Below are positions 38,060-50,599 of a DNA stretch of 57,601 nt, piece after piece. The notes beneath the pieces are model-generated. The model saw nothing but the letters and a program-made list of their open reading frames with translations, was not told the DNA's origin and did not search any database. Source of the DNA: Prorocentrum cordatum (taxonomy: Eukaryota). Location: positions 62,001-119,601 of the forward strand of contig CAUYUJ010000013.1 of assembly GCA_963575745.1 (NCBI GenBank). The letters are read 5' to 3'. The position numbers and the translations under genes are program-made. The stretch's first letter is position 1. Every line of letters begins with the position of its first letter.

Positions 38060-39027
38060 CAGTGCGTCACACGGTTCGGCCAATGGCATTTAGCCCAACA
38101 TGCGTCGAGGAGATTGTGTCGCTAGGAACGCTGTCTTGCGAGAAAATATGTGGGCTCGAGTGGAGACCGCGAGAAGGCCAAGCTGCGTTCATGACGCGCA
38201 CAGCGAGGCTATCAAAAAATCTGTTTGAAAAACGGAAATACTGTCGATACATTCGAGAATGCTACTGGACATCTTCAAACATTCATGGCGTACAACAGCG
38301 TTGAAGCCACATAACGGAAACAACCGTCTACGGCAGGCCCGTATACATCGTAGCAGGGAGCATTGAAATACAGCGGATATCACTTCTACTTTCAAACGTC
38401 GTCGTCAAGAAGGTCTCGTGCACTTTGGCATGGGCCACAAAGAGAATGCAGAAATGCGTTCGTTTCAGGATTTGGCACGACCCCGTGAGGTTTACGTGAC
38501 AAATGCTGTGTTTTTTCCGATTGGATGGAGATGTCTTCGGAGCTCGGGCAGAGCATCTCCACCGTATGGGGCTCAGTTCACATACAGCGGAAGTTTTGCC
38601 CGCTGGAGTACGTCGCAAGCCAAGGCGCTGCAAAGAGGCGTCAGCGGCCGGCCGAACACGAGTTGGATGAACTGTCAAACCAATACGGGAAACGGCGCTG
38701 GAGCTGGCAGCTCAAATCCGATCCGCGCGGATTTACACTGTCCACTGATTGCCCGATGGCAGGCGTGTCCAACGGAGAAGTTGTTCTAGCCGATCCTCGA
38801 CTCGAGCCCGTGCTTGTCGGAGTGGAGTGGCCCAGCTTACATTTCAAGTGCTGGACAAATCTAGAAACCGGCACGAGACATCGTCGGCGCGGTCGATTGG
38901 AGACCGCGAGAGTAAAATAAGATGTTTAAACAACTAGCTGATGTACCAGACGATGGACAAGCGCAATCATGATTACACCGCTTTCCTACGCCAGGCGATG
39001 TTATTTGGGATGCTCTTAGGCTATTGC

Positions 39028-39071
<44 letters not shown>

Positions 39072-39300
39072 CTGCTGTTGTTGTCAATGTTGTTGTTGTC
39101 AATGTTGTTGTTGTCGTTGTTGTTGTAGTTGCACGTCGACGGCGGCACCCAGGCAGGCGGTTGCTCGTCAGCCGTTTGGTACTTAAAGGGCGTAGTAACT
39201 GGTCGCACGAATGGCATCCGATTTCCTACAGCTATGTCTGGCACGTTTGCGCAGCATCCTGTTTCATTGTTGAGCGCAGACATTGGCAACCACCATCGTA
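38060..39300 (+). pseudogene. Decayed non-LTR (LINE) 3' region with RNase H-like motifs, interrupted by (TGC/TGT)n at ~39025-39125
   Basis: STDCPMAGVSNG (38741); DWRPRE*NKMFKQLAD (38895); HVDGGTQAGGCSSAVW...SGTFAQHPVSLLSAD (39132). Confidence 0.5.
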
Positions 39301-41094
39301 TAGCATAAAGCTAAGTAACGACCGTCAGCATGCTGACCTGGGCCCGGGGAAAAGAACAGTCAGGGGGAAGGGGGAAGGTACAGAAGGGGGAAAAGGAAGT
39401 GGATGGAGAAGGGAGAGGAAATCAAGGGGAGAAAAGAAGGGGCGATGGAGAATGGGAAGGCGAAGGGAGAAGAGGGCAGAGAAGAGAGGGGGCGGGTGAA
39501 GGAGGGGAGGGGAAAGGGAAGGGAGAAGGAATGGGAAAAGGCGAAAGGCGAAGGGGGAAGGGGCGGTGGGGGGGACAGGCCCTAGGGGGGAATGGGAGCG
39601 AGGGAAAGAGGAAGGAGGGGCAGAGGGCAGGAAGGGACCGTGGAGGGGACACCGGGGGGAAACAGGAACAGAAGGGAACGCCGAGGACACGAGCCGCTCG
39701 CGCGCGCACCCGACTGCATGCCCCAAGGGCTCCGCGGAAGCTCGCCAGCCCATCGCGTCGATGGTCGCCCGCGGGCTCTGTGCCCGTCCATCAGGGGCGG
39801 CCAAGGGGAGGGGGGGGGGCGTCCAAGAGGGGGCTTCGCAAACAAGCCATGGATGGAGGCATGTGCGCGGCCGAGGAGGGCGGCAAGGGGACGCATCGAT
39901 CTAAGAAGGGGGGCCCATGAAGTCTGGGGGACATCGTGGCCCTGGCCAGCATCCAGTCCTGTGCCTGTTCTGTCCATGCCCAACGTTCGGGGGCCAGGTG
40001 GAAAAAGCGGAAGGAAGAGAGAAGGGAGATGGGGGAGGAGGGGGAAATGGGCAAGGGGGGAAAGGGGGGAAAGGGACACGTGGGCAGCGCACGGAACAGG
40101 AGAGGAGGGCAAAGAGCGATGGCGGGAAACGGAAAGGGCTCAGCCGGGAGGAGCTCCGAGACACGCGCACGGCACGCTGCACACCCTGATGAAGCGGGCC
40201 CTCGCTGCCGACGCCGCGCGAGCAGCTCGCTCGTGCACGACCTCCGCCCTCGTGAGCCCTCGGAGGCTCTCGACCCCGTGCTCCGCACGGACTTCGCGCC
40301 TCGGCGCCCTTCGCCCGCCGGTCCCCCTGGCTCGCAACGGGGGCATCCCTGGGGGGAGAGCACGACTCTGGAGCGGCCAAGAGGGGGGGGGTCCAAGAGG
40401 GGGGGCTGCAAAGCATGACCGGCGGCACGTGCGCGGCCCAGGGGGGGGGGGCCAGGGACGTGATGAAATTGAGGAGGGGCGCCATGACATCTGGGGAGAT
40501 ATCAGGGCCCACGCCATGAGATCCACCCCCCCCCAGTCGTCACCCCCCCCTCTTCCGCCCCCGAAACGAAGGAAACGGGCCCATCCCGGGGCCCCGGGGC
40601 CTTCCCCGGGACTGGCCCCTGACTCCCGATCTGCTCTCTGATGGGCCCCGGGCCTGGGAGGGACCCCATCGAGGGGCCGAAAAGAGCCCAAGACCTCCAG
40701 GACCCGCTTCCCGTAGGGCCCGCATCTGTGCCGATGCCCAGCGTGGCGGTCAGGAGTCGGCCCCCCCTGGGCCTGGCCAGGCATGCATCGTGGCGGGGAC
40801 TTCGAGGAGCCCCGCGGCGGCGGAAGGGAGGCCCCGGGGGCTCCCAGAGGCGAGACGACAGAACAGACCAGGCCCAGAACCGCGGGCCTCTTCGCTCGGA
40901 CGTCCATTCCCCGTGCACTCTTTGGTTTCGCGCGCGTGTGTCTCTCAAGAGGGTCCCCAGGTGCTCCGAGATACTCCAGAGTCTCTGGCGCTGGCCTCGC
41001 CGAGGAAGAATGCACACGCCCAAGAGCTGCCGAGGACGTGCCGAGAGGGTGCTCCGCCTCAGACGCCCGTGCCGCCGCTGTACGTCGAGGCTGC

Positions 41095-41261
41095 GTCACT
41101 AGGGGGGCCACATGCGAGCCCTACCCCCTACCCCCCACGATTTCTGAGGGGGAGGGTGGGGTTCACTTCGTTCGGGAGCTCCCGAGCGAAGTGAACCCCA
41201 CCCTCCCCCTCAGAAATCGTGGGGGGTAGGGGGTAGGGCTCGCATGTGGCCCCCCAGTGAC
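41095..41261. repeat. 154-bp loop-less palindrome (41102-41255) with one T:G mismatch
   Basis: Centre GAG|CTC at 41178/41179; extends with a 1-nt bulge to GTCACT/AGTGAC. Confidence 0.97.
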
Positions 41262-41536
41262 CTCATGCCGCGTCCTGCAGGGGCTGGCCTCTGGGTGCTC
41301 GCGTTGCACCCGCTCACCATCGGGAAGCAGTCCTCGGCGGGATGCCCGCGCCGGGGCGTCCTCCCGTCCTCCGCCCCGCCCATCCCTGCCCGAGCTGCTT
41401 CCTCGTGCTCCGTGCTCCCCCTCCCCGTCGTCCTAAGGAGGGGGGAAGGAATGACGCACGTGCATGTGCATTTGCCCAGACGCCCACCCTTCGGGTGATG
41501 AGGAGGTTCGGGGGGAGGAACCAACGCCTCACGCAA

Positions 41537-41812
41537 TCGATCTCACTCTCGATCTCGCAATCGATCTCACGATCGATCAAACAATGAAACCTCACTATCG
41601 ATCTAAAAATCGATCCCACTACCCTTCTCACTGGCGATCTCACTATCAATCTCACAATGGATATCATTATCGATCGCACTATCGATCTCACTGTCGATCT
41701 TACTGTCCTTCTCACTGTCGATCTCACAGTCGATCTCACAGTCGATCTCACAGTCGATCTTATTATTGATCTCACCCTCGAAATCACTATTGATCTCACT
41801 ATCGATCTCACT
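41537..41812. repeat. 12-bp minisatellite (GATCTCACTATC)n
   Basis: Directly visible. Confidence 0.9.
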
Positions 41813-42812
41813 ACGGGACACCGACGGGGCACCAACGGGAAACGGACGGGACACCACGGGACACCATCAGGACACCACGGCAGGGCACCCCCAGCCACCG
41901 CCGGGCAACCCGGGGGGGGGGGGGGGCGGTCTTTTGGCCTGGCGGCGCCCTAGCCAGAAGAGCGTTCATTCCTCTCGCTCGCCCACGCAGCTTCGCCTCG
42001 CCCGCGCGCACGACACGAACATGAAACCGATTTCCAAGGTGGGGGGCCCTCGGTTTCACTGCGATCTTACTCCCTCGCCTCCGATAGACTCCCTCTCGTA
42101 TGTCTATGAATTCAGACCCTGCGGAAACCCTGCGCCCACCCCCCCGAAACGGGACCCGCGGCTTTGCTGGAAGTTTCTGCAGGAGCTCCCCCAGGCTTTC
42201 CAAAGCTTCTGGAAGCCTCTGCTGGGCCTAGGCAACGTGCCCAAAGCGGTCAGGAGGCCGAACGCCCCCCCGAGGGCCCCAGCCCGAAGACGACCCAAAT
42301 GAGACCCCTCAAAAGCTTTCAAAAAAGGCAGAAAAACATTGATTTGTCCAAGGTATTTGCACGATTTTGGGAATGCCCTGTTCGGTCTTCTGGGCGTCCG
42401 AGACCACCTAGGAGGCCCGAAAATCCCCGCAGAGTTATCCGAAAGGGCTTCCAGGCAGTCCAAGGGAGCCCCAAGACGGCACAACAAGGTTTCAAGATGG
42501 CTCTAAGAGAGCCCCTTGATGGCCCAAAATGGCCCCAAGACGCCCCCCGACGCACTGCAAATTTCCGTGAGGCTCCAAGGGGCTACCCAAGGAGGAAGTC
42601 GCAAGGTAGGCCGAGAATGAGGGAAAGGAAACATGCAGGAAGGATACTGAATAACACTAGTATAACAGCGATGTCGGAGAAGGTAACAAAAAAATATCGC
42701 TAATGTGTTGACTTTGCCTTCCTGTCTTTCCTCCTGCATGCCAAACCTCGAGGACCACGGTGAATGGCACGAAGCGCAAATGCCTTTATATACATATACA
42801 CGTATGCATAAC

Positions 42813-42843
<31 letters not shown>

Positions 42844-44647
42844 CTATGTACATATATATATATATACGTATTTGTATATGTCTATACATATACATATACG
42901 TATGATAAACATATATATATATATAGACATATATATATGTCTATGTATATATATATGTATATCCGCACGCACCATGAAGCCCCATGACCCCACCCTGTCC
43001 TCTTGGAAGATGGCAAAAGGAAAGGGGCGGTTCAGATGCGTGCGCGGGCCCTGGAGGCAGAGGTTTCGGAGGGGGGTGGTTCGTCTGTTGGAGACGACGG
43101 GTGTTGAGTACTGGGAGTTGTGTTGTAGAGGGAGAGAGTGGAGTAGAAGGTTATTGTCAAGTTCAGCTTGAGGAAGGGTGGCCTGCTGAGTTTTGGGTGT
43201 TATGTTGTAGACTTGAGCCAGAGATCCCTTCTGAAAAGAATCTTCAAATTTGAATGCGACATACATGACTTCAAATATTGTGAATGCGCAAAAAGCGAGG
43301 GTAATGGTGTGTGCGGAGGGCTACATATAAATGGCTTGCGATATCGAACATACCATAACTATAAGACATCACACAAACATATTGAAATACAAACATGTGT
43401 ACATGTATGTTTGTAGGCATACATTTCTATATGTGTGTAGACATGTGTATACCGATGTGTGCACATATCTATCTATATATATATATATACATATATACAT
43501 ATATATACATATATATATAAATACATGTGTGCGTGTGTATGTATCTGTGTAGATAACGCCACCCTGGAACGGCCTGTCACCTCGCAACCATCGGCCGCCA
43601 TTTTTTGATACCCTATCCCCCGGGCCTCCAGGAGGCCTCAAGACGACCCAAAAAGGCCTCCCAGGTAGCCTAGATACTCCACGACGGCCCAAGAAGAGGC
43701 CCAAGAGGACCAGGGGACGATCCAAAAGTGCTCCAAGAGCTCGCAAAATGGCCCAACACGGCCCAGGAGGCCCCCAAGATGCTCCAAGAGAGCTCCTGGC
43801 GCGTCCCCAAGAGGCCCCAGGGAAACCAACATCAGTGATTTGCTTGTGGCTTTGGAATGACTTTATCGCTGTCGCCATCGAGAGCTTCCGACGGCCCAAG
43901 ACAGCCCAAGACGCCACCCAGAGACCCCCAAGAGAGCGTAAAGACGGGCCCAGGGGACCTCCAGACCGAGGCCCATGACGGCCCACGAAGCCCCCGATGA
44001 CAACGAAAGAGGGGCCCAAGAGGGGGAACCCGAGCTGGCAGTTCGAGTCCTCTGCCACAGAGCCACGTCGAGGACGCCAACAGACCCTCACGATGCCCGT
44101 AAGAGGCCCCCATTAGGCGCCAAGAGGCTCCCAGGAGGTTCAAAAGAGAGCCCAAGGAGGCCCCCAAGACGACGCAAGAGGCTGCAGAACTGCTTCCAAA
44201 AAAACTTCGAAGAGACATCCAAAGAGACCCATACAGGTATCCTGGAAGCCTCCTCCTCTCCCTCCCTCCTTGTCTCTTCGTTGCCCCGTGTGTACATATA
44301 TACATATGTATACAGGTATGTGTATACGTGTGTGTATGTGTGTATGTGTATGTATACACATGTGTATACATACATATACCTAGACATCTGTATATAATGT
44401 ACAATAAAAGGGACATGATCATGTACCACTCTTCTTCCCGGCAAATCGAGGCTCTCAAACAGGGATCGAATTATAAACTCAACCCCGTTAGGAGACATGT
44501 TCAGACCCTTCCCCAGCTCCGCCAGATGGAGGGGATCGGGGCAACAACGACGACGACGACGACGACGACACCGCACTGGGGATGCCCCATGGGGGGGGCA
44601 ACGCAAAGCCCGGCGTCGTGGGGTAATAGGAGTGAGGATAATAAGAA

Positions 44648-45298
<651 letters not shown>

Positions 45299-45299
<1 letters not shown>

Positions 45300-46803
45300 A
45301 TCCCACCAGCCCTTTAGGGCGTAGGTGGTCTAGGGAGTTTCCTCTGCCAACCCCCTTCTTCCCCTTCGGGGAGGGGTTTACCCCTCCCCTTACCCCTCCC
45401 CACTGACCTGGACGGGGCCGGTCGCGAGGTGTCAGAGCGTCCAAGATGGCCCAAGACAGCTCCAAGAGCGAACAGGCGAGAAAACACAAAACATTGATTT
45501 TACCTAGGTTTTGGAAGGATTTTGGCATCTTGGGGGGGCCCAAGAGGCGACTCGAGGCACTCTGGAGGGGCGGGGCTAATAAGCAACCCCCCCTTCTTTG
45601 ATAGATCTCCTCCAAGATGGCCCAAAGAGCGCCCCGAAGGCTCCCAAGAGCGCCCCAAGAGCGCCTCAAGAGGGCCCCAAGAGACCCCAAGAGGCCCCCA
45701 AGAAGCCTCCAAGACGTTGCCAAGAGACCCCCAAGAGGCCCCAAGAGAGTCCAAGATGGCCCAAGACGGCTCCAAGAGCGAAAAGGCGAGAAAACAGAAA
45801 ACATTGATTTTATCTAGGTTTTGGAAGGATTTTGGCCTCTTGGGGGGCCCAAGAGGCGACTCGAGGCACTCTAGAGGGGCAACGCTAATTGGGGACCCCC
45901 TCTTCTCTGATCGATCTCCTGCAAGATGGCCCCAAGAGCGCCCCGAAGGCTCCCAAGAGCGCCCCAAGAGCGCCCCGAGAGCGCCCCAAGAGGCCCCAAG
46001 AGGCGCCCAAGAGGCCTCCAAAAGGCTCCCAAGAGACCCCCAAGAGGCCCAAGAGGCTCCCAAGACGGGTCCAAGAGCGAAAAGGCGAGAAAACAAAAAA
46101 CATTGATTTTACCTAGGTTTTGGAAGGATTTTGGCCTCTTGGGGGGGCCCAAGAGGCGACTCGAGGCACTCTAGAGGGGCAGCGCTAATTGGGGACCCCC
46201 CCTTCTTTGATAGATCTCCTCCAAGATGGCCCCAAGAGCGCCTCGAAGGCTCCCAAGAGCGCCCCAAGAGCGCCCCAAGAGGGCCCCAAGAGGCCCCAAG
46301 AGGCCCCCAAGAGGCCTCCAAGAGGCCCCCAAGAGACCCCCAAGAGGCCACAAGAGGCTCCCCGAGATACGCAAGAGGCCCCCGGGACCGCCAAGAGGCC
46401 CCAAGGACGGCCCAAGAGGCCCCCAAGCTCGCAATTGTCCTCCTCCTCCTCCTCCTCTTTTTCTTCCTCCTCCCTCCTCCCCCTCCCCCTCCTCCTCCTC
46501 CTCCTCCTCCTCCTCCTCCTCCTCCTTTCCTCCTCCTCTCGTCCTCCTCGTCCTCGCAGTCCTCCATCTCCTCCTCCTTCTATTCCTCCTCCTCCTCCTC
46601 CTCCTGCTCCTCCTCCTGCTCCTCCTCTTCCTCCTCCTACTCCGACGACGACGGCTCCTCCTACATCCTCCCCCTCTTGGGGTATATGGCGGCTCACCCC
46701 GCCCTTTGTTCTTCTGCATGCTCCCCCGCTTCCCTCATAACCTCCACTCCCCTGGGACTCATTTCTGGACGGGCTGGTGGGGATACGCGAAGCGTCTAGA
46801 ATT
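45299..46803 (+). mobile_element. Helitron2/Helentron-like non-autonomous element with internal ~300-bp tandem repeat (~3 copies)
   Basis: 5' TCCCACCAGCCC (45301); subterminal GGGCTGGTGGGGA (46771); ACGC-GAA-GCGT hairpin (46785-46795); CTAGAATT; embedded in (TAG)n. Confidence 0.75.
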
Positions 46804-46813
46804 ACGCTAGTTC

Positions 46814-46884
<71 letters not shown>

Positions 46885-47035
46885 GGTGGTGGTGGTGGTG
46901 GTGGGTGGGGTGGTGGTGGTGGTGGTAGTAGTAGTAGTAGTAGCAGTAGTTAGTAGTAGTAGTAGTGTAGTGGTAGTAGTTACTAGTAGTAGTACTATTA
47001 GTAGTAGTAGTAGTTGTGGTAGTAGTAGTGTAGTA

Positions 47036-47077
<42 letters not shown>

Positions 47078-47123
47078 GTAGTAGTAGTAGTAGTAGTCGT
47101 AGTAGTAGTAGTAGTAGTAGTAG

Positions 47124-47195
<72 letters not shown>

Positions 47196-47334
47196 CTAGT
47201 ACGAGAAGTAGTAACAGTAGCAGTAGTAAATAGCAGTCAAAATAATAAAAATTAATAGTACAAATTAGACCGGCAGCAGCAGGAGCAGTACTACTCGGGA
47301 GTTGTACAAGGGCGTTGTAATAGGGACCTGAGTT

Positions 47335-48089
47335 GTAAATTGGGATCCTGGGAGCCAACAGAAGGCCATCCAGCTTCACAAAAACAACGGGTTACACGTG
47401 CCATCCCCGAAACCGTGTGACAAAACCCAATGGTAAAATTGTGGTTCTGGGAGCAAACACCAAGCCATTTAGGTTCACAAAAAAAACGAGTGACACGTGT
47501 CACCCGGAAAACGGTCTGACGAACCTAAATTGTAAATCTGGGACTCCAGGAACCAGCATACGGCCATTCAGGTTCACAAAAACAACGGGTGACACGTGTC
47601 ACCCCCGAAACCGTGTGACAAAACAAAAATGGCAATTGGGATTCTGGGAGCCAGCATGAGGCCATTCAGCTTCACAAAAAACAATGGGTGACACGTGTCA
47701 CCCCCGGAACCGTGCGACAAAAGCCAATTGTGAAATTGGGATTCTGGGGGCCGACATAAGGCCATTCAGGTTCACAAAAACAACGGGTGACACGTGTCAC
47801 CCCCGAAACCATATGAGAAAAACCCAATCGTAAATTTGAGAAGTTGGGAGCCAACATACGGCCATTCAGCTTCACAAAAACAACGGGTGACACGTGTCAC
47901 CTCCGAAACCGTATGACAAAACCTACTTGTGAAATAAGGATTCTGGGAGCCAACATAAGGCCATTCAGCTTCACAAACACAACGGGTGAGACGTGTCACC
48001 CCCGCAACCGTGTGACAAAACCCAATTGTGAAATGGGGACTCTGACAACCAACATAAGGCCATTCAGCCTCACAGAAACAACGGGTGAC
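47335..48089. repeat. 99-bp satellite, ~8 units, each carrying a perfect or degenerate 18-bp palindrome GGGTGACACGTGTCACCC
   Basis: Palindrome starts at 47587, 47686, 47785, 47885, 47984 and 48083 (truncated). Confidence 0.95.
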
Positions 48090-48094
48090 TCCTA

Positions 48095-48680
48095 TCGTCC
48101 TCCTCCTCCTCCTCCTGGCCAGCCTGCCCGCCCTCCTCTTCCTCCTCCTCCTCCCTTTCCTCCCCCTCGTCCTCCTCCTCCTCCTCGTCCCCCTGCTCCT
48201 GCACCACATCATCCTTCTCCTTCGCCAGCTACCTCTCCTCCTCCTCCTCCTCCTCCTCCTCCCTCCTCCTCCTCCTCCTCTCCTCCTCCTCATCCTCATC
48301 CTCATCCTCATCCTCCTCATCCTCATCCTCATCCTCATCTCATCATCCTCTCCCATCCTCCTCCTCCCTCCTCCTCCTCCTCCTCCTCTCTCCTCCTCCT
48401 CCCTTCCTCCTCCTCCTCCTCCTCCTCCTCTCCTCCTCCTCCTCCTCCCCTCTTCTGCTCCTCCTCCTCGTCTTCATGGCCCTCCTCACAACCCATCGTT
48501 TTCCTCTTGTGTCTCCTCCTGCTCCTCCTCCTCCTCCTCCTCCTTTTCTCTCCTCCTCCTCCTCCTCCTCCTTTTCCTCCTCCTCCTCCTCCTCCTCCTC
48601 CTCCTCCTCCTCCTCCTCCTCCTCCTCCTCCGCCTCCTCCTAATTATCCTCCTCCCCTTCTCCTCCTCCTGCTCCTCCTC
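48095..48680. repeat. (CCT)n low-complexity tract
   Basis: Directly visible. Confidence 0.95.
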
Positions 48681-48779
48681 GCGTCCTCTTCGCCCTCCCC
48701 GTCCCTCTCGCGCAGTCCGAGAAAGCCGCAGGGCGGGCGCCTCAGACGCGCGGTGGGGGCGACGAGCACGCGCCCGCGA

Positions 48780-50160
48780 CGGGCGGTTGCGGATGCGCGC
48801 GCCCGCGGCCAGGCTGAAACGTATCGCCTGGTTGCGGTTGCGGTTGCGCGAGCGGGTTGAAATTTGTCGTTCGGTTGCGGGCGGTTGCGCGGGCGGGTTG
48901 ACATGTGTCGCTTGGTTGCGGTTGCGGTTGCGGTTGCGCGGGAGGGTTGAACTATGTCGCGTGGTTGCGTTTGCGGTTACGGTTGCACGGACGGGTTGAA
49001 AGAAATGTGTCGTCTGGTTGCGGTTGCGGTTGCGGTTGCGCGGGCGGGTTGAAATGCGCCGCCTGCTTGCGATTGCGGCTGCGGTTGCGGAGGCGGGTTG
49101 AAACTGCGCGGCCGGGTTGATATGTGTTGCTTGGTTGCGGTGGCGGTTGCGTGCGCGGGGGGGTTGATATGTGTCGCCTGGTTGCGGTTGCGGTTGCGGC
49201 TGTGCGGGCGGGTTGGAATGCGTCGCCTGGTTGCAGTTTGGTTGCGGCTGCGCGGTCGGGTTGGATCTCTCGCCTGGTTGCGGTTGCGGTTGCGGTTGCA
49301 CGGGCGGGTTGAAATGTGTAGCCTGCTTGCTGTTGCGGTTGCGCCTGGGCGGGCGGGTTGACATGTGTCGCCTCGTTGCGGTTGCGGTTGTGCGCGCGGG
49401 CGGGTTGAAATGCGTCGCTCGGTTGCGGTTGCGGTTGCAGTTGGGCGGGCGGGTTGCGGTTGCGCGGCTGGGTTGAAAATTGTCGCTCGGTTGCGGTTGC
49501 GGTAATTTTCGGTTGCGCGGGCGGGTTGGACCTCCCGCCTGGTCGCGGTTGCGGTTGCGGTTGCGCGGGCGGGTTGAAATTTGTCGCCTGGTTGCGGCAG
49601 CGGTTGCGCCTGCGCGGGCGGGTTGAAATGCGTCGCCTGCCTGCGGTTGCGGTTGCGCGCGCGGGCGGGTTGACATGTGTCGCCTGGTTGCGGTTGCGGT
49701 TGCGTTCGCGCGGGCGGGTTGAAATGTGTCGCCCGGTTGCCGTTGCGGTTGCGCGTGCGCGGGCGGGTTGAAATGCCTCGCCTGATTGTGGTTGCGATTA
49801 CGGTTGTACGGACGGGTTGACATGTGTCGCCGGCTCGCGGTTGCGCTTGCGGTTGCGCGGGCGGGTTGAAATGCGTCGCCTGGTTGCGGTTGCGGCTGCG
49901 CGGGCGGGTTGGAATGCGTCGTTTGGTTGAGGTTGCGGTTGCAGTTGCCGTTGCGCGGGCGGGTTGACATGCGTCGCCTGGTTTCGGTAGCGGTTGCGCG
50001 GGTGGGTTGGAATGTGCCGCTTGGTTTCGGTTGTGATTGCGCGGGCGGGTTGACATGTGTCGCCAGCTCGCGGTTGCGCTTGCGGTTGCGCCGGCGGGTT
50101 GAAATGCGTCACCTGGTTGCGGCTGCGGTTGCGTTTGCGCGGGCGGGTTGAACTATGTAA
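48780..50160. repeat. ~50-bp minisatellite GCGCGGGCGGGTTGAAATGTGTCGCCTG(GTTGCG)n
   Basis: Directly visible, roughly 25 units. Confidence 0.95.
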
Positions 50161-50599
50161 CCTGGGAGCCAACGCCAAGGCCCATCATTGCTACATTGTT
50201 CCGTCCCTGTTCCCCCTTCCTCCGCCCTCCTCCTCCTCCCCCTCCTCTTCCTCCTTCTCCTCCCTTCCCCCCTCCCCCACCCCCGCCCATCCCCCACCCC
50301 CTCCTCTTCATCCTCCTCGTCTGCCCGCGCCATCCCTCCGCTGCAGCGCAGCGCCCGCGAACGCCGATACGCCTGAACACGCCGCGACGCCCGCATACAG
50401 CCCTCCTGGGAACCCCGCCGCCCCGGGACCCCCCACGTTCCCGCGCGCGCCGACAATGGAAAATCACATAAAAACTGCCCCGAATGATTCTCCATCTGGG
50501 ACCCCGCAGAGGAAACCCCGATGGGGAAACCGCGCGCATTTGGAGACACATGGTAAATGGCCGCACGACGCAGACACTGGCGCGACAGCGCCCGGGGCT

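Noticed and set aside
40186..40212. Hammerhead ribozyme core (CTGATGA plus AGCG/CGCT stem); similar partial hits at 6184, 13639 and 53444
   Set aside because: No GAAA after stem II and no supporting stems I/III
41950..42010. Second Helitron 3' end (CTAG plus GCGAAGC on the minus strand)
   Set aside because: Hairpin is poorly paired and too far from the CTAG, and the next base is not T
43212..43220. Relic dinoflagellate spliced leader (CTTGAGCCA, reverse strand)
   Set aside because: Only 9 nt match; the CCATTTTG part is absent
47335..48089. CRISPR-like array (palindromic repeat at regular spacing)
   Set aside because: The intervening sequences are homologous rather than unique spacers, and no cas genes are present
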